Shown here: positions 31,838 through 41,995 of the stretch, in pieces
Position numbering within the stretch: the stretch's first letter is position 1
How the letters are laid out: each line of letters begins with the position of its first letter
The notes under the pieces: model-generated
The model's input: the letters and a program-made list of their open reading frames with translations, nothing else
Databases searched by the model: none
Told to the model about the DNA's origin: nothing
From: Vicinamibacterales bacterium
GTDB taxonomy: Bacteria; Acidobacteriota; Vicinamibacteria; Vicinamibacterales; UBA2999
Reading direction: 5' to 3'
DNA length: 64,000 nt
Assembly: GCA_050246635.1 (NCBI GenBank)
Contig: JBFWVR010000008.1
Coordinates: 169,217 to 233,216 of the forward strand
Made by a program: the position numbers and the translations under genes

Positions 31838-33355
31838 ATGTCATCCGCCTACCAGCTTCCGACCCTGTCCGCCTCCACCGCACCCGCCATCGACATCCCG
31901 GCCGACCTCATAGCGCTCCCCGTCCACGAGCAAGCCAGCGGCGCGCGCTTCGACGCATTCGACGCGGCCACCGGTGGGGAACTGCGTGCCGCGATCGCCC
32001 GCGGGGCCTTCGCCGGCAAGCCGGGGGAGAGCCTGCTGCTGCCGCTGGTGACCGCACCCGGCGGGGCCCGGCGACTGCTCGCGCTCGGGCTCGGCCCGGT
32101 TGCCGCGTTTTCCACGGAAGGCGGTCGCCGCGCCGCGGCGACCGCCGTGCTGACCGCGCGGCGCGAGCGCCTGGGCCGGCTGGTCTGGGCGGTGGACGGC
32201 GCGCTGGCGGAACCGCTGCTCCTGGAGACCGCCGCCGAGGCGTTCGCGGCCGCCAACTTCGATCCCGCGCACTACAAGACCCAGGACGTCGAGCGGTTCT
32301 TCGTCGATGCGGTCGTCGCCACCACCGATGCCGGCGACGCGGCCGGTGTGGCGCTCCGGAACGGCCTGGTGATCGGCGAGGCCATCAATGGCGCGCGCCA
32401 CCTGGTCAACGAGCCCGGCAACCTGCTGCCACCGCGGGCGCTGGCCGAGCGGGCGCGGGCGCTCGCGGACGTGCCTCGTGTCACGGCGGAGATCCTGGAC
32501 GAGGACGCCATCCGCGACCTCGGCATGGGCCTGCTCCTCGGCGTGGCGCGCGGCAGCGCGGAGCCCCCACGACTCCTCGCGCTGCGGTACGAGCCGCCGC
32601 AGGCACCCGCCGACGGTCCGGTGCTCGCGCTGGTGGGGAAGGGCATCACGTTCGACACTGGCGGCCTGTCGCTGAAGCCGGCCGACGGCATGGAGCGGAT
32701 GAAGGACGACATGGCGGGCGCGGCGACCGTCGTCGCGGCCCTTCGGGCCATCGCGCTCCTGCAGGTGCCGGTGCGCGTCATCGCGGTCGTGCCGACCTGC
32801 GAGAACATGCCGGGTGGCCGGGCCACGCGGCCGGGCGACGTCCTGACCGGGGCCTCAGGCATCACGGTGGAAGTGAACAACACCGATGCCGAGGGCCGGC
32901 TCATCCTCGGCGACGGCCTCTGGTATGCCCGCCGCCTCGGGGCCACGCACATCGTCGACGTGGCGACCCTCACGGGCGCCTGCATCGTGGCGCTGGGGAA
33001 GATCACGACCGGCCTCTTTGCGGCGCCGGACGGCTGGTCGGGCGCGCTGACGGCGGCCGCCGCGCGTGCGGGGGAGAAGCTCTGGCCGATGCCCGTCTTC
33101 GACGAGTACAAGGAGCAGCTGAAGAGCGAGATTGCCGACATGCTCAACAGCCCGGGCCGCCCGGCCGGCGCCATCACCGCGGCGCACTTCCTGAAGGCGT
33201 TCACCGGCGACCTGCCCTGGGCGCATCTTGATATCGCAGGGACGGCATGGAGCGACGATCAGAAGCCCTGGGCCGTCAAGGGCGCGACCGGCGCGATGAT
33301 CCGCACCCTCGTGGAGCTCGCCCGCCTCGGGCCGGCAGGATGGGAGGCGCGGTAG
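31838..33355 (+). CDS. pepA: leucyl aminopeptidase (M17)
   Basis: VGKGITFDTGGLSLKP, MKDDMAGAA and NTDAEGRLILGD signature motifs are present. Confidence 0.93.
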   Translation: MSSAYQLPTLSASTAPAIDIPADLIALPVHEQASGARFDAFDAATGGELRAAIARGAFAGKPGESLLLPLVTAPGGARRLLALGLGPVAAFSTEGGRRAAATAVLTARRERLGRLVWAVDGALAEPLLLETAAEAFAAANFDPAHYKTQDVERFFVDAVVATTDAGDAAGVALRNGLVIGEAINGARHLVNEPGNLLPPRALAERARALADVPRVTAEILDEDAIRDLGMGLLLGVARGSAEPPRLLALRYEPPQAPADGPVLALVGKGITFDTGGLSLKPADGMERMKDDMAGAATVVAALRAIALLQVPVRVIAVVPTCENMPGGRATRPGDVLTGASGITVEVNNTDAEGRLILGDGLWYARRLGATHIVDVATLTGACIVALGKITTGLFAAPDGWSGALTAAAARAGEKLWPMPVFDEYKEQLKSEIADMLNSPGRPAGAITAAHFLKAFTGDLPWAHLDIAGTAWSDDQKPWAVKGATGAMIRTLVELARLGPAGWEAR

Positions 33356-33654
33356 CGGGGCCTTGGGCTCCGAGCGGCGTGGGGACCTCATCCACGGATT
33401 ACACGGATTCCTTCCCGGGGGCGGACGCGGCCCCGCGCGTCGGGCCCCGGAACGGGGCACCAGCCAAGGTCACGGTGCGAGGCGTCCGGACGGTCCTGTC
33501 GCTTTGGGATCCATGGTCCGTGTCAGCCGTGAAATCGGTGGATCCCCGTCATTCCAGGTGTCCCGTATGAACGGGTGACCGCCACCTGGCCGGTGAGCCG
33601 GATCGTGCCTGCGGCCTGTGGCAGGTACCCACCTCGGCGGATTAGAATCAAGTC

Positions 33655-33909
33655 GTGTTCTTCCAGCAGCCCGTACAGGCTCCGCCTGACGCGATCACCC
33701 CGACCATCATCGAGGTAGTCAAGGAGCCGGCGCGTCAGTTGAGCATGATCGACGTGGCCGTGGCGGCGTTCGGCCTGACCGGGCTGATCATGGCCGCGGC
33801 GGTGGTGGCCGGGCTGGTGGCGGGGGCGCTGTTCGTCTGGTACCGGCGCCGTGGCCCGGCCTCGACCATCGAGGCCCGTGGCCACGAGCACAACTTCTTC
33901 CGCATCTGA
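33655..33909 (+). CDS. small single-pass membrane protein (hypothetical)
   Basis: 84 aa with one TM segment (IDVAVAAFGLTGLIMAAAVVAGLVAGALFVWY). The GTG start lies exactly 6 nt after TAGAAT (33643..33648). Confidence 0.45.
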   Translation: MFFQQPVQAPPDAITPTIIEVVKEPARQLSMIDVAVAAFGLTGLIMAAAVVAGLVAGALFVWYRRRGPASTIEARGHEHNFFRI

Positions 33910-33944
33910 GCCGGCGTCCGCCGCGCTCGTCCGTCCGCGTCCCG

Positions 33945-35795
33945 TCAGGGTTTCTCGGCGACCGTGGTCTGTCGCTTCAGCGAGTTGCGGTACTTCAGCA
34001 CCGCCTGGTGCAGCGACTCGGCAATCCGCTGCTTGTACGCGGCCGTCTTGAGGAGCTGGGCTTCCTGCCGGTTGGTGATGAAGGCAATCTCCGCGAGCAC
34101 GCTCGGCATGGCCGCGCCGATGAGCACCACGAAGGGCGCCTTCTTCACGCCGCGGTTGCTGAGCGCCCGGTTCGACGGCTTGAGCTTGGCGACGAGGGAT
34201 TCCTGCACCATCTGCGCGAGGTCGTGCGACTCATCGAGCTTGTTGTTGAGCGCGATGGCCTTGATGATGTCGGGCAGGTTGTGCATCTCGCGCCCGGAGG
34301 CCGAGTTCTCGCGTGCCGCCACTTCTTCGGCCTCTGGTGAGGAAGCGAAGCTCAGGAAGTAGGTCTCGACGCCGCCGGCCGCCCGGTTGCGGCTGGCATT
34401 GACGTGGATGGACAGGAAGAGATCCGCCTGCTCGCGATTGGCAATGGCGGTGCGCTCCTCGAGGGGGATGAACACGTTCGTCCGGCGCGTGAGCACCACC
34501 TCGACGCCCGGCTCGTCCTTCAGCAGCTTCTCGAGGCGGAGCGCGACGTCGAGCACGAGGTCGGCCTCGTTCAGGCCCTTGATCTGCGTGCCGGGATCCT
34601 TCCCGCCATGCCCGGGGTCGATGACGATGCGCGAGACGCCGAGGCCGAGCTGGCGCGAGAGCGAGAACCCTCCCTGGGAGTTGGCCGTGGGCGGCGCCGG
34701 GGGCGCCGCGGGCTCCGCCGCGACCGCGGCGGCGGCCGGAATCGCGTCGACGGGCGCGGCGCGGTCCACAGCGGTCCGCAAGGTCGTGTTCATCGCGGCC
34801 GGCCGTTCCGCGTCCACGACGAGCCGGAACGGGTTGTAGAGGGTGAAGACGCTGTAGCGCGTGACGTCCTCGATGTCGAGGACCACCCGCACCGTCTGGT
34901 CCGGATGGCGGCCCACGCGAATCTCCCGCACGACGTCGTCGGGATAGGAGAGGGAGGCGTCGAGCAGCGCCGGTGTGACCTGCACGCCCTGCAGATCGAA
35001 GAACACGCGCGAGGGGTCGTCGATCTGTTCCTGGTGGTAGGCCACCTCGTGGTCGAGCTCCACCGTGATCCGGACCGTCTCGGGCAGGACGACGCGCTCG
35101 ATGTTCACGAGCGTTGCCGCCGGCGCGGCGTCGGACGACGGCCCGTCCCCGCCCTCCACGACGGGCGGAGGCGGCACGGGCGTGGTCGAGTGCGGGATGT
35201 CGTCTGCGGCGCGGGTGGCCGGCGGCTCTGGGGCCGGGTCGCGTCGCGCCGGTGTCGGGAACGGCGCCGGCACCGGGCGCTGCCGGGCCTCCTGCCGGGC
35301 GCGCTCGGCCGCCTGTGCCGCCTCCGCGGCGGCGCGTTGCCTGGCTTCGGCCGCGCGGGCCGCGGCCTCGAGGCCGGCGATGTTCCTGCGGCTCGTCTTC
35401 ACCAGCGAACTGGAGGGGTACTCCGCGATCACGCGCCGGTAGTAGCTGATGGCCTCGCCACGGTCGGTCGCGCGGGCGTAGCGGTCCCACAGCGCCTCGT
35501 ACAACGACGCCGCCTGGAAGAGGGCGTTGTCGCTGTACCCGCTGGTCGGATACCGCCGGGCAATCGCGTGGTAGAGATTCACGACCGTCCGCGTCTCGCG
35601 GAAGACCCGCTCGCGGTTCGCCTCGGATGCGCCGGGGCTGGTCGACTCGATGAGCTGGCGCACCCGCTGCTCGCGCGCCTGGGCGGTCTCGTACCGCGCC
35701 TTCGCGGACTGCGCGAGGAGCGGCGCGGGCACCAGCAGCAGCGCCACGGTGGCGGCGAGGGCCCAGCGGGCGGAACGAAGGAGAGTCGGCGTCAT
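33945..35795 (-). CDS. N-acetylmuramoyl-L-alanine amidase with N-terminal TPR/YbgF-like and AMIN domains
   Basis: The Amidase_3 motifs are IVIDPGHGGKDPGT and FLSIHVNA. An AMIN-like segment (RITVELDHEVAYHQEQIDDPSRVFFDLQGV) is present, and an SD (AGGAG) lies upstream. Confidence 0.88.
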   Translation of the reverse strand: MTPTLLRSARWALAATVALLLVPAPLLAQSAKARYETAQAREQRVRQLIESTSPGASEANRERVFRETRTVVNLYHAIARRYPTSGYSDNALFQAASLYEALWDRYARATDRGEAISYYRRVIAEYPSSSLVKTSRRNIAGLEAAARAAEARQRAAAEAAQAAERARQEARQRPVPAPFPTPARRDPAPEPPATRAADDIPHSTTPVPPPPVVEGGDGPSSDAAPAATLVNIERVVLPETVRITVELDHEVAYHQEQIDDPSRVFFDLQGVQVTPALLDASLSYPDDVVREIRVGRHPDQTVRVVLDIEDVTRYSVFTLYNPFRLVVDAERPAAMNTTLRTAVDRAAPVDAIPAAAAVAAEPAAPPAPPTANSQGGFSLSRQLGLGVSRIVIDPGHGGKDPGTQIKGLNEADLVLDVALRLEKLLKDEPGVEVVLTRRTNVFIPLEERTAIANREQADLFLSIHVNASRNRAAGGVETYFLSFASSPEAEEVAARENSASGREMHNLPDIIKAIALNNKLDESHDLAQMVQESLVAKLKPSNRALSNRGVKKAPFVVLIGAAMPSVLAEIAFITNRQEAQLLKTAAYKQRIAESLHQAVLKYRNSLKRQTTVAEKP

Positions 35796-35813
35796 GGTCG
35801 AGACTCCTGCGGA

Positions 35814-38168
35814 CTAGCGGAGCTGTGCGTCCACCTCGGCGAAGTACTCCGGGCCGACGAGGACCTCTCGGGGTTTGCCGCCGGTCGCCGGTGACACGAG
35901 TCCTTCGGCTTCCATCATGTCGACGAGGCGCGCGGCGCGGCTGAACCCGATGCGCATCTTGCGCTGGAGATACGAAATCGAGACCTGCCCCGTCTCCACC
36001 ACGATGCGCGCGGCGTCGTCGTACAGGTCGTCCTTGTCGTACTCGATGCCATCGGGCCCACTCTTCTTCTCTTCGGCCGTAATCGTCTCGTCGTAAGTGG
36101 GGCGGCCCTGCTTGCGGAGGAAGCTCGCCAGGCGGGCCGACTCCTGCTCCGAGATGTACGGCCCGTGCAGCCGGACGGTGCGGGACGAGGCCGGCGGCAG
36201 GAAGAGCATGTCGCCCTTGCCGAGCAGCTGCTCGGCCCCGCTGGCGTCGAGCACCGTGCGGGAGTCGATCTTCGACGCCACGCGGAACGACACGCGCGAC
36301 GGCAGGTTCGCCTTGATGAGGCCCGTGATGACGTCCACCGACGGACGCTGGGTCGCGAGGATGAGGTGGATACCCACGGCGCGCGCCATCTGGGCGAGGC
36401 GGCAGATCGACTCCTCGACCTCGTTGCCGGCAACCATCATCAGGTCGGCCAGCTCGTCCACGATGACCACGATGAAGGGGAGCGGCGTGGGCGCGGGGCC
36501 CTCCGCGGGCACCTCCTGCGCCTCGATCATCTGCCGGACGTTGCGGTTGTACTGCTCGATGTTGCGCACGCCGAACGCCGCGAGCGTCTTGTAGCGCTCT
36601 TCCATCTCGCGCACGGCCCACCGCAGCGCGTTGGCGGCCTTCTTCGGGTCGACGACCACCGGCGTCATGAGGTGGGGGATGTCCTCGTACATCCCCAGCT
36701 CGAGCCGCTTCGGGTCGATCATGATCAGCCGCACGTCGTCCGGGGTCGCCCGGTAGAGGATGCTCGTGATCATCGAGTTCAGTCCCACCGACTTGCCCGT
36801 GCCGGTGGAGCCGGCGATCAGCAGGTGGGGCATCGTGGCGAGATCCGCCATGTAGGGCTCGCCGTGGATCGTCTTCCCGAGGGCGAGCGTCAGCTTGGAG
36901 CCCGAGCGGAGGTAGGTCTCCGACTCGAGGAGCTCGCGGAGCGAGATGGCCTCGCGGTTCGGGTTCGGGATCTGGATGCCGACGGTCGACTTGCCCGGGA
37001 TGCGCTCGATCAGGACCGACTCCGCCTCCATCGCGAGGCAGAGGTCGTCGGCCAGGCTCGTGATCTTGCTGTACTTCACGCCGGCATCGGGCTTCAGCTC
37101 GAAGGTGGTGACGACCGGCCCGGGGTGAATCTGCACGACGGAGCCCTCGACGGAGAACTCGCGGCACTTCTCCTCGAGGTTGCGCGCGGCGTCCATGAGC
37201 TCCCGCTCGTCGATCTTGCGCTCGGCCCGCGGCGGATCCAGCAGCGATCCCGGCGGCAGCGTGTAGCCGCCCATGCGGCGCTCGGCCGGGGTGCGCGGTT
37301 CCGGCTCCGGCAGCGGCAGCGGCGGGGCGATCGGCGTCTTCTGGCGCCGCTGGACGACCGGTGGCGTGGTGCGGGAGGCCGGCACGCGCGGCGCGACCGG
37401 CAGCGGCTCGTCGTCCTCCTCCGGCGCCTCGGGCGGCGGGGCAGGGCGCGCCGCGCGGCGGGCGGCGCGCACCGGCGCTTCCGCGTACGCCTTCAGCTGC
37501 TCCGGCGTGGCGGTGCCCTTCTTGACGTGCTTGGCGATCACCTCACGGCGCTGTCGCGCCTTGCGGCGATCCTCAAGCCACGTGCGCGCCGCGTCGAGGC
37601 CGCGGCGGACGGCCGCGCCAATGGCGCCGAAGATGGACGCGAACAGGCGGCCGAACGAGAACTGCGTCGCGAGGATCGTCGCGACGAAGAGCAGCGTCAG
37701 GATGACGATGATCGAGCCGGTGCGGCTCAGGTACTCGGCCATCTGGCCGGCGATGAACTCGCCGAGATAGCCGCCCGCCCGGAAGGGCCGCGTGCCGAGG
37801 TCCACGCTCCCGAGCGCGAGGCTCATGAACGCCGCGGTGCCGCCGAACAGCATCGCGAGCCCGCAGAGCTTCGTGTACACCGCCTCGATCGGCCGGCACC
37901 AGAAGTAGTGCCAGCCGGCGACCGCCACGGCCGCGGGCAGGAGGTACGAGGCGTACCCCAGGAGCTGGAACGACAGCTCCGCGAGGAAGGCGCCGACCCG
38001 GCCGACGAAGTTGACCGGCACCTCGTAGGCGCCGGTGCTGAAGAACCAGACGGGGTCGTTGGGTTCGTAGCTCGCGAGCGCGATCAGCCAGATCAGCGCG
38101 ACGGCGAAGAGCGCCACGCCCACGACTTCGCTCACGCGACGCGACAGGGTCGAACCAGGGGGCTGCAC
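35814..38168 (-). CDS. ftsK: DNA translocase FtsK
   Basis: N-terminal TM helices, a Pro-rich linker, motor motifs HLLIAGSTGTGKSV and IVVIVDELADLMM, and a C-terminal gamma wHTH domain (SISYLQRKMRIGFSRAARLVD). Confidence 0.95.
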   Translation of the reverse strand: MQPPGSTLSRRVSEVVGVALFAVALIWLIALASYEPNDPVWFFSTGAYEVPVNFVGRVGAFLAELSFQLLGYASYLLPAAVAVAGWHYFWCRPIEAVYTKLCGLAMLFGGTAAFMSLALGSVDLGTRPFRAGGYLGEFIAGQMAEYLSRTGSIIVILTLLFVATILATQFSFGRLFASIFGAIGAAVRRGLDAARTWLEDRRKARQRREVIAKHVKKGTATPEQLKAYAEAPVRAARRAARPAPPPEAPEEDDEPLPVAPRVPASRTTPPVVQRRQKTPIAPPLPLPEPEPRTPAERRMGGYTLPPGSLLDPPRAERKIDERELMDAARNLEEKCREFSVEGSVVQIHPGPVVTTFELKPDAGVKYSKITSLADDLCLAMEAESVLIERIPGKSTVGIQIPNPNREAISLRELLESETYLRSGSKLTLALGKTIHGEPYMADLATMPHLLIAGSTGTGKSVGLNSMITSILYRATPDDVRLIMIDPKRLELGMYEDIPHLMTPVVVDPKKAANALRWAVREMEERYKTLAAFGVRNIEQYNRNVRQMIEAQEVPAEGPAPTPLPFIVVIVDELADLMMVAGNEVEESICRLAQMARAVGIHLILATQRPSVDVITGLIKANLPSRVSFRVASKIDSRTVLDASGAEQLLGKGDMLFLPPASSRTVRLHGPYISEQESARLASFLRKQGRPTYDETITAEEKKSGPDGIEYDKDDLYDDAARIVVETGQVSISYLQRKMRIGFSRAARLVDMMEAEGLVSPATGGKPREVLVGPEYFAEVDAQLR

Positions 38169-38180
38169 GTCCAGGTCTCC

Positions 38181-39872
38181 TCAGATTTCCATCACGACCG
38201 GCAGCACCATGGGCCGCCGGCCCGTCCGCCGCTTCAGGAAGCGGCGCAGCTCCACCCGGACCTTCTCCTTCATCAGCCCGGGATCGGTCCGTTCCTCGAC
38301 GCCGCAGGCCTCCACCACCTGCACCAGGTGGCGGGCGGCCTCGGCCAGCACGTCCTCGGGACCGGCGTCGGTCACGAACCCGCGCGCGATGATGTCCGGC
38401 AGGCCCATCACCGCGCCCGTCTGGCGGTTCACCGAGACGACGGGCACCAGGAGCCCGTCGCCGGCCAGGTGCCGCCGGTCCCGCAGTACCTCGTCGTCCA
38501 CCTCGCCGACGCGGGTGCCGTCAATCAGCACGCGGCCGGCCGGCGCCTTGTCGACGACGGCCCCGGCGCCCGCCTCGAAGCGGATGACGTCGCCGTTCTC
38601 GGCGGTGATCACCTTCACCGGGGCCGGCAGGCCGGCGGTCACGAGCTCCGCGATGCGCGCATGGCGGGCCAGCTGCCGGAACTCCCCGTGGATGGGCACG
38701 AAGTAGGTCGGCCGGACGAGCGACAGCACCAGCTTCAGCTCTTCTTCCGACCCGTGCCCCGACACGTGCACGTGGCGGGTGGCCTCGGTGACGATGTCCA
38801 CCTTGCGGCGGGCGACGTGGTTCAGGACGCGGCCGATCGACTTCTCGTTCCCCGGGATGGCCCGTGCCGAGATCACGACGCGGTCGCCCTCGACCAGCTT
38901 CACGTGGCGGTGGTCGTCGATGGCGATGCGCGACAGCGCTGCGTTGGGTTCCCCCTGCGATCCGGTCACGACGCACAACACGTCCTGCGCGGGGAAGGAC
39001 GCGATGTCGCTGTCCTTGATGACCGTGCCTGTCGGGATGTGGAGGTGGCCGAGCCGCTGCGCGGTCTGCGTGTTCTCGATCATCCCGCGGCCGACGAAGG
39101 CCACCTTCCGGTCGAACTGGGCGGCGAGGTCGAGCAGGATCTGCACGCGGTACAGGCTCGACGCGAATGCCGCGACGACGATCTTTCCCTCGGTGCTGGT
39201 GAAGATCTCCTCGAAGGCGTCCACGACGTCCGCCTCGGAACCGGTGTAGCCCCGGCGGTCGACGTTGGTGCTGTCGCCGAAGAGCGCGAGCACCCCGGCG
39301 GCGCCCGCCTGCGCGAAGCGGTGGAGGTCGAAGGCCTGGCGATCGAGCGGCGTCTGGTCGACCTTGAAGTCGCCCGTGTGGATCAGCGTGCCCTGCGGGG
39401 TGTGGATGGCCAGCGCCACGCAGTCGGGCATGCTGTGCGTGACGCGGATGAACTCGATGGCGAACGGGCCGATCTCGATCCGGTCACGCGGCGTCACGGT
39501 ACGGAGCTCGGGCTCCGGGTCGGGCGCGTGCTCGGCCAGCTTGCGCGCGACGAACGCGAGCGTGAGGGGCGTCCCGTAGATGGGCCCGTCCAGGTGGGGC
39601 AGGACGTACGGCACCCCGCCAATGTGATCCTCGTGGCCGTGCGTCAGTACCAGGCCCTTGATCTGGCCCCGGCGCGCCTCGAGATAGGCCAGGTCCGGGA
39701 CGATCAGGTCCACACCCGGCAGATCGCTCTCCGGGAACATCGCGCCGGCATCGACAACGATGGTCGTCTCCCCGCACGAGATGGCCATCATGTTCAGGCC
39801 GAACTCGCCGAGGCCGCCAAGCGGCACGACGTCAACGGGCGGCGCGCCAGGCGCGCCTGCAGGCACACTCAT
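38181..39872 (-). CDS. rnj: ribonuclease J
   Basis: Metallo-beta-lactamase motif VLTHGHEDHIGG, a beta-CASP region and HVSGHGSEEELK. 563 aa. An SD (GGGAG) lies upstream. Confidence 0.92.
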   Translation of the reverse strand: MSVPAGAPGAPPVDVVPLGGLGEFGLNMMAISCGETTIVVDAGAMFPESDLPGVDLIVPDLAYLEARRGQIKGLVLTHGHEDHIGGVPYVLPHLDGPIYGTPLTLAFVARKLAEHAPDPEPELRTVTPRDRIEIGPFAIEFIRVTHSMPDCVALAIHTPQGTLIHTGDFKVDQTPLDRQAFDLHRFAQAGAAGVLALFGDSTNVDRRGYTGSEADVVDAFEEIFTSTEGKIVVAAFASSLYRVQILLDLAAQFDRKVAFVGRGMIENTQTAQRLGHLHIPTGTVIKDSDIASFPAQDVLCVVTGSQGEPNAALSRIAIDDHRHVKLVEGDRVVISARAIPGNEKSIGRVLNHVARRKVDIVTEATRHVHVSGHGSEEELKLVLSLVRPTYFVPIHGEFRQLARHARIAELVTAGLPAPVKVITAENGDVIRFEAGAGAVVDKAPAGRVLIDGTRVGEVDDEVLRDRRHLAGDGLLVPVVSVNRQTGAVMGLPDIIARGFVTDAGPEDVLAEAARHLVQVVEACGVEERTDPGLMKEKVRVELRRFLKRRTGRRPMVLPVVMEI

Positions 39873-40058
39873 ACGACTCCCAGCCGGAGACTGGTACGGC
39901 TCTCGCGCGTCCCGCGGGCGGGCGCCGGGCGGCGACCGCTCGTTCGGGGTGCCGGGTAACCGCCCTAAAACGGGAGCGGCAACGGGCCCGGCGTCTCAGG
40001 CTGCTGGGAAAGCCTGGGAAAAACGAGGCAGGTTCGGGCGAAACTATAGCACAGCGAC

Positions 40059-40877
40059 TCAGATCGCGGCAGCAAAAACGTCCGCAAGTCGTGCGAACTC
40101 AACGAGCTGGAGCGTCTCGGGCCGCCGCTGTGGGTCGATGCCGGCCTGGGCCAGGGCGGACCCGGCCGAAACGGGCGTGCTGCCGGCGAACCCCTTGAGC
40201 GCATTCCCCAGGGTCTTCCGCCGCTGCGTGAACACGGATCGGACCATCCGCACCAGCAGCGTCTCGTCGGCCAGCGCCACGGGACAGGGCCGGAACTTCA
40301 GCCGGACGACCGCGGACCAGACCTGCGGGGGAGGCCGGAAGGCGCCCGGCGGCAGGGTGAGCAGGCGTGTGACGTCGGCACGGAGCGCCGTCAGCACGGT
40401 CAGCACGCCGTAGTCGCCGGTGCCTGGCTCCGCCACCAGGCGGTCCGCCACTTCCTTCTGGAGCATGAGGACCGCGTCGCTCACGCCGCCCGTCGCCGCG
40501 GCGAGTTCGAGGAGGCGGAAGAGGATCGGCGAGGAAATGTTGTAGGGGAGGTTGCCGGCGATTCGCACCTGGTTGCCGGGGCCAGGCGGGTTCCCCAGCC
40601 ACTCGCCGATCGCCCCCGACAGGTCCACGTCGAGCACGTCACCCGTCAGGACCGTCACATTCGGCAACGCCCTCGCCTCCAGGGCACCGGCCAGGTCGCG
40701 GTCGAGCTCGATGGCCAGCAGGCGCTCGACTGCCGCGGCCAGGGGCAGCGTCAGCGCCGCACGCCCCGGGCCGATTTCAACCAGGCGATCGCCGGGCTGC
40801 GGGGCCATCGCGGTAACGAGCTTGCGGACCCAGGCCGGTTCCAGGAAATGCTGCGCGAAACGCTTGCGGGCCTTCAC
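40059..40877 (-). CDS. rsmA: 16S rRNA (adenine1518/1519-N6)-dimethyltransferase
   Basis: Contains KRFAQHFL, VEIGPGRAALTLPL and GNLPYNISSPILF. Confidence 0.92.
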   Translation of the reverse strand: MKARKRFAQHFLEPAWVRKLVTAMAPQPGDRLVEIGPGRAALTLPLAAAVERLLAIELDRDLAGALEARALPNVTVLTGDVLDVDLSGAIGEWLGNPPGPGNQVRIAGNLPYNISSPILFRLLELAAATGGVSDAVLMLQKEVADRLVAEPGTGDYGVLTVLTALRADVTRLLTLPPGAFRPPPQVWSAVVRLKFRPCPVALADETLLVRMVRSVFTQRRKTLGNALKGFAGSTPVSAGSALAQAGIDPQRRPETLQLVEFARLADVFAAAI

Positions 40878-41302
40878 GCGTCTTCGTCCTCGTCCGGGTC
40901 GTTCTCGTCGTCGAACGAGTCTCCGCGCCAGTAGCGCTCCTCGATCTCCATGATCTCGTCTTCGCTCAACCCGAAGTAGTGGCCGAGCTCATGGATCAGC
41001 GTCTCGCCAATGGCCACCACGATCTCGTCGGAGTCGTCTCCCGCTTCCTCCTCGATGGAGTGCTGGAACAGGGTGATCTGGTCCGGCAGGGCGTTCCCGT
41101 GGTTCCACTCGCGTTCGGTGAGCGGGGTGCCCGAGTACAACCCGAGCAGGGTCTCGCCGGGACCGATCTCCATCTCGGCGAGCAGGGCAGGGGAGGGCGA
41201 GTCCTCGATCACGATTGCGACGTTGCGCACCTGCGCGGCGAAGCGCGGCGGGATCGTGTCGATGGCCTCCTCGACGAGGGAGCGGAACGCGGCGCGGGTC
41301 AT
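40874..41302 (-). CDS. zinc metallopeptidase-like protein (HExxH, DUF1025/zincin family)
   Basis: Starts MTRAAFRSLVEEAIDTIPPRF, contains HELGHYFG and has an acidic C-terminal tail. Start trimmed to ATG 41302; it overlaps nth by 4 nt. Confidence 0.7.
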   Translation of the reverse strand: MTRAAFRSLVEEAIDTIPPRFAAQVRNVAIVIEDSPSPALLAEMEIGPGETLLGLYSGTPLTEREWNHGNALPDQITLFQHSIEEEAGDDSDEIVVAIGETLIHELGHYFGLSEDEIMEIEERYWRGDSFDDENDPDEDEDA

Positions 41303-41979
41303 CGGGCCTTCCTGGCAGCCTTGCGCGCGCGGCCGGCCTTCAACACGACCCCGCCGCTGGCGAAGTAGTCGCAGTCCTGGCGGGCGTTGCACCGGCTGCA
41401 CTCCGGCTTGGGCTTGCAGATGCGGCGGCCATGGAGGATGAGCAGATCGGACGCGTTGGTCCACCGCGCCTTCGGCACGATCGCGGTGAGTTCGGCCTCC
41501 ACCTTGACCGGATCGTCGCTGTGGGCCAACCCGAGCCGGCCCGCGACCCGGAGGACGTGGCGGTCCACGGGCAGCCCCGGCACGCCGAGCGCGTGCCCGA
41601 GCACGACGTTGGCGGTCTTGCGCCCCACGCCCGGCAACGCCGTGAGGGCGTCCATGTCGGCCGGGACCTCGCCGTGGTGCTGTTCCAGCAGGGCCTCGGC
41701 CATGCCGAGCAGCGAGCGGGTCTTCTGCCGGAAGAAGCCCGTGGCGTGGATCTCCTGCTCGAGCGTGGCCGGGTCGGCCGTCGCGAGCGTGCGCGCGTCC
41801 GGGTACTTCGCGAACAGCGCCGGCGTGACCTCGTTGACGCGGCGATCGGTCGACTGCGCCGAGAGGATCGTCGCGACGAGCAGCTCGAAGGCGTTCCGGT
41901 AGTGGAGCTCCGTGTCGGGGTTGGGGTAATGCTTCTCGAGCGCGTCCAGAATGCGCTTCGCGACCGGCCGCGTCTTCAT
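41299..41979 (-). CDS. nth: endonuclease III
   Basis: ILSAQSTDRRVN, the HhH-GPD motif LPGVGRKTANVVL and the 4Fe-4S cysteine cluster CKPKPECSRCNARQDC are present. Confidence 0.93.
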   Translation of the reverse strand: MKTRPVAKRILDALEKHYPNPDTELHYRNAFELLVATILSAQSTDRRVNEVTPALFAKYPDARTLATADPATLEQEIHATGFFRQKTRSLLGMAEALLEQHHGEVPADMDALTALPGVGRKTANVVLGHALGVPGLPVDRHVLRVAGRLGLAHSDDPVKVEAELTAIVPKARWTNASDLLILHGRRICKPKPECSRCNARQDCDYFASGGVVLKAGRARKAARKAR

Positions 41980-41995
41980 CGCACGTCCCGCGCGA

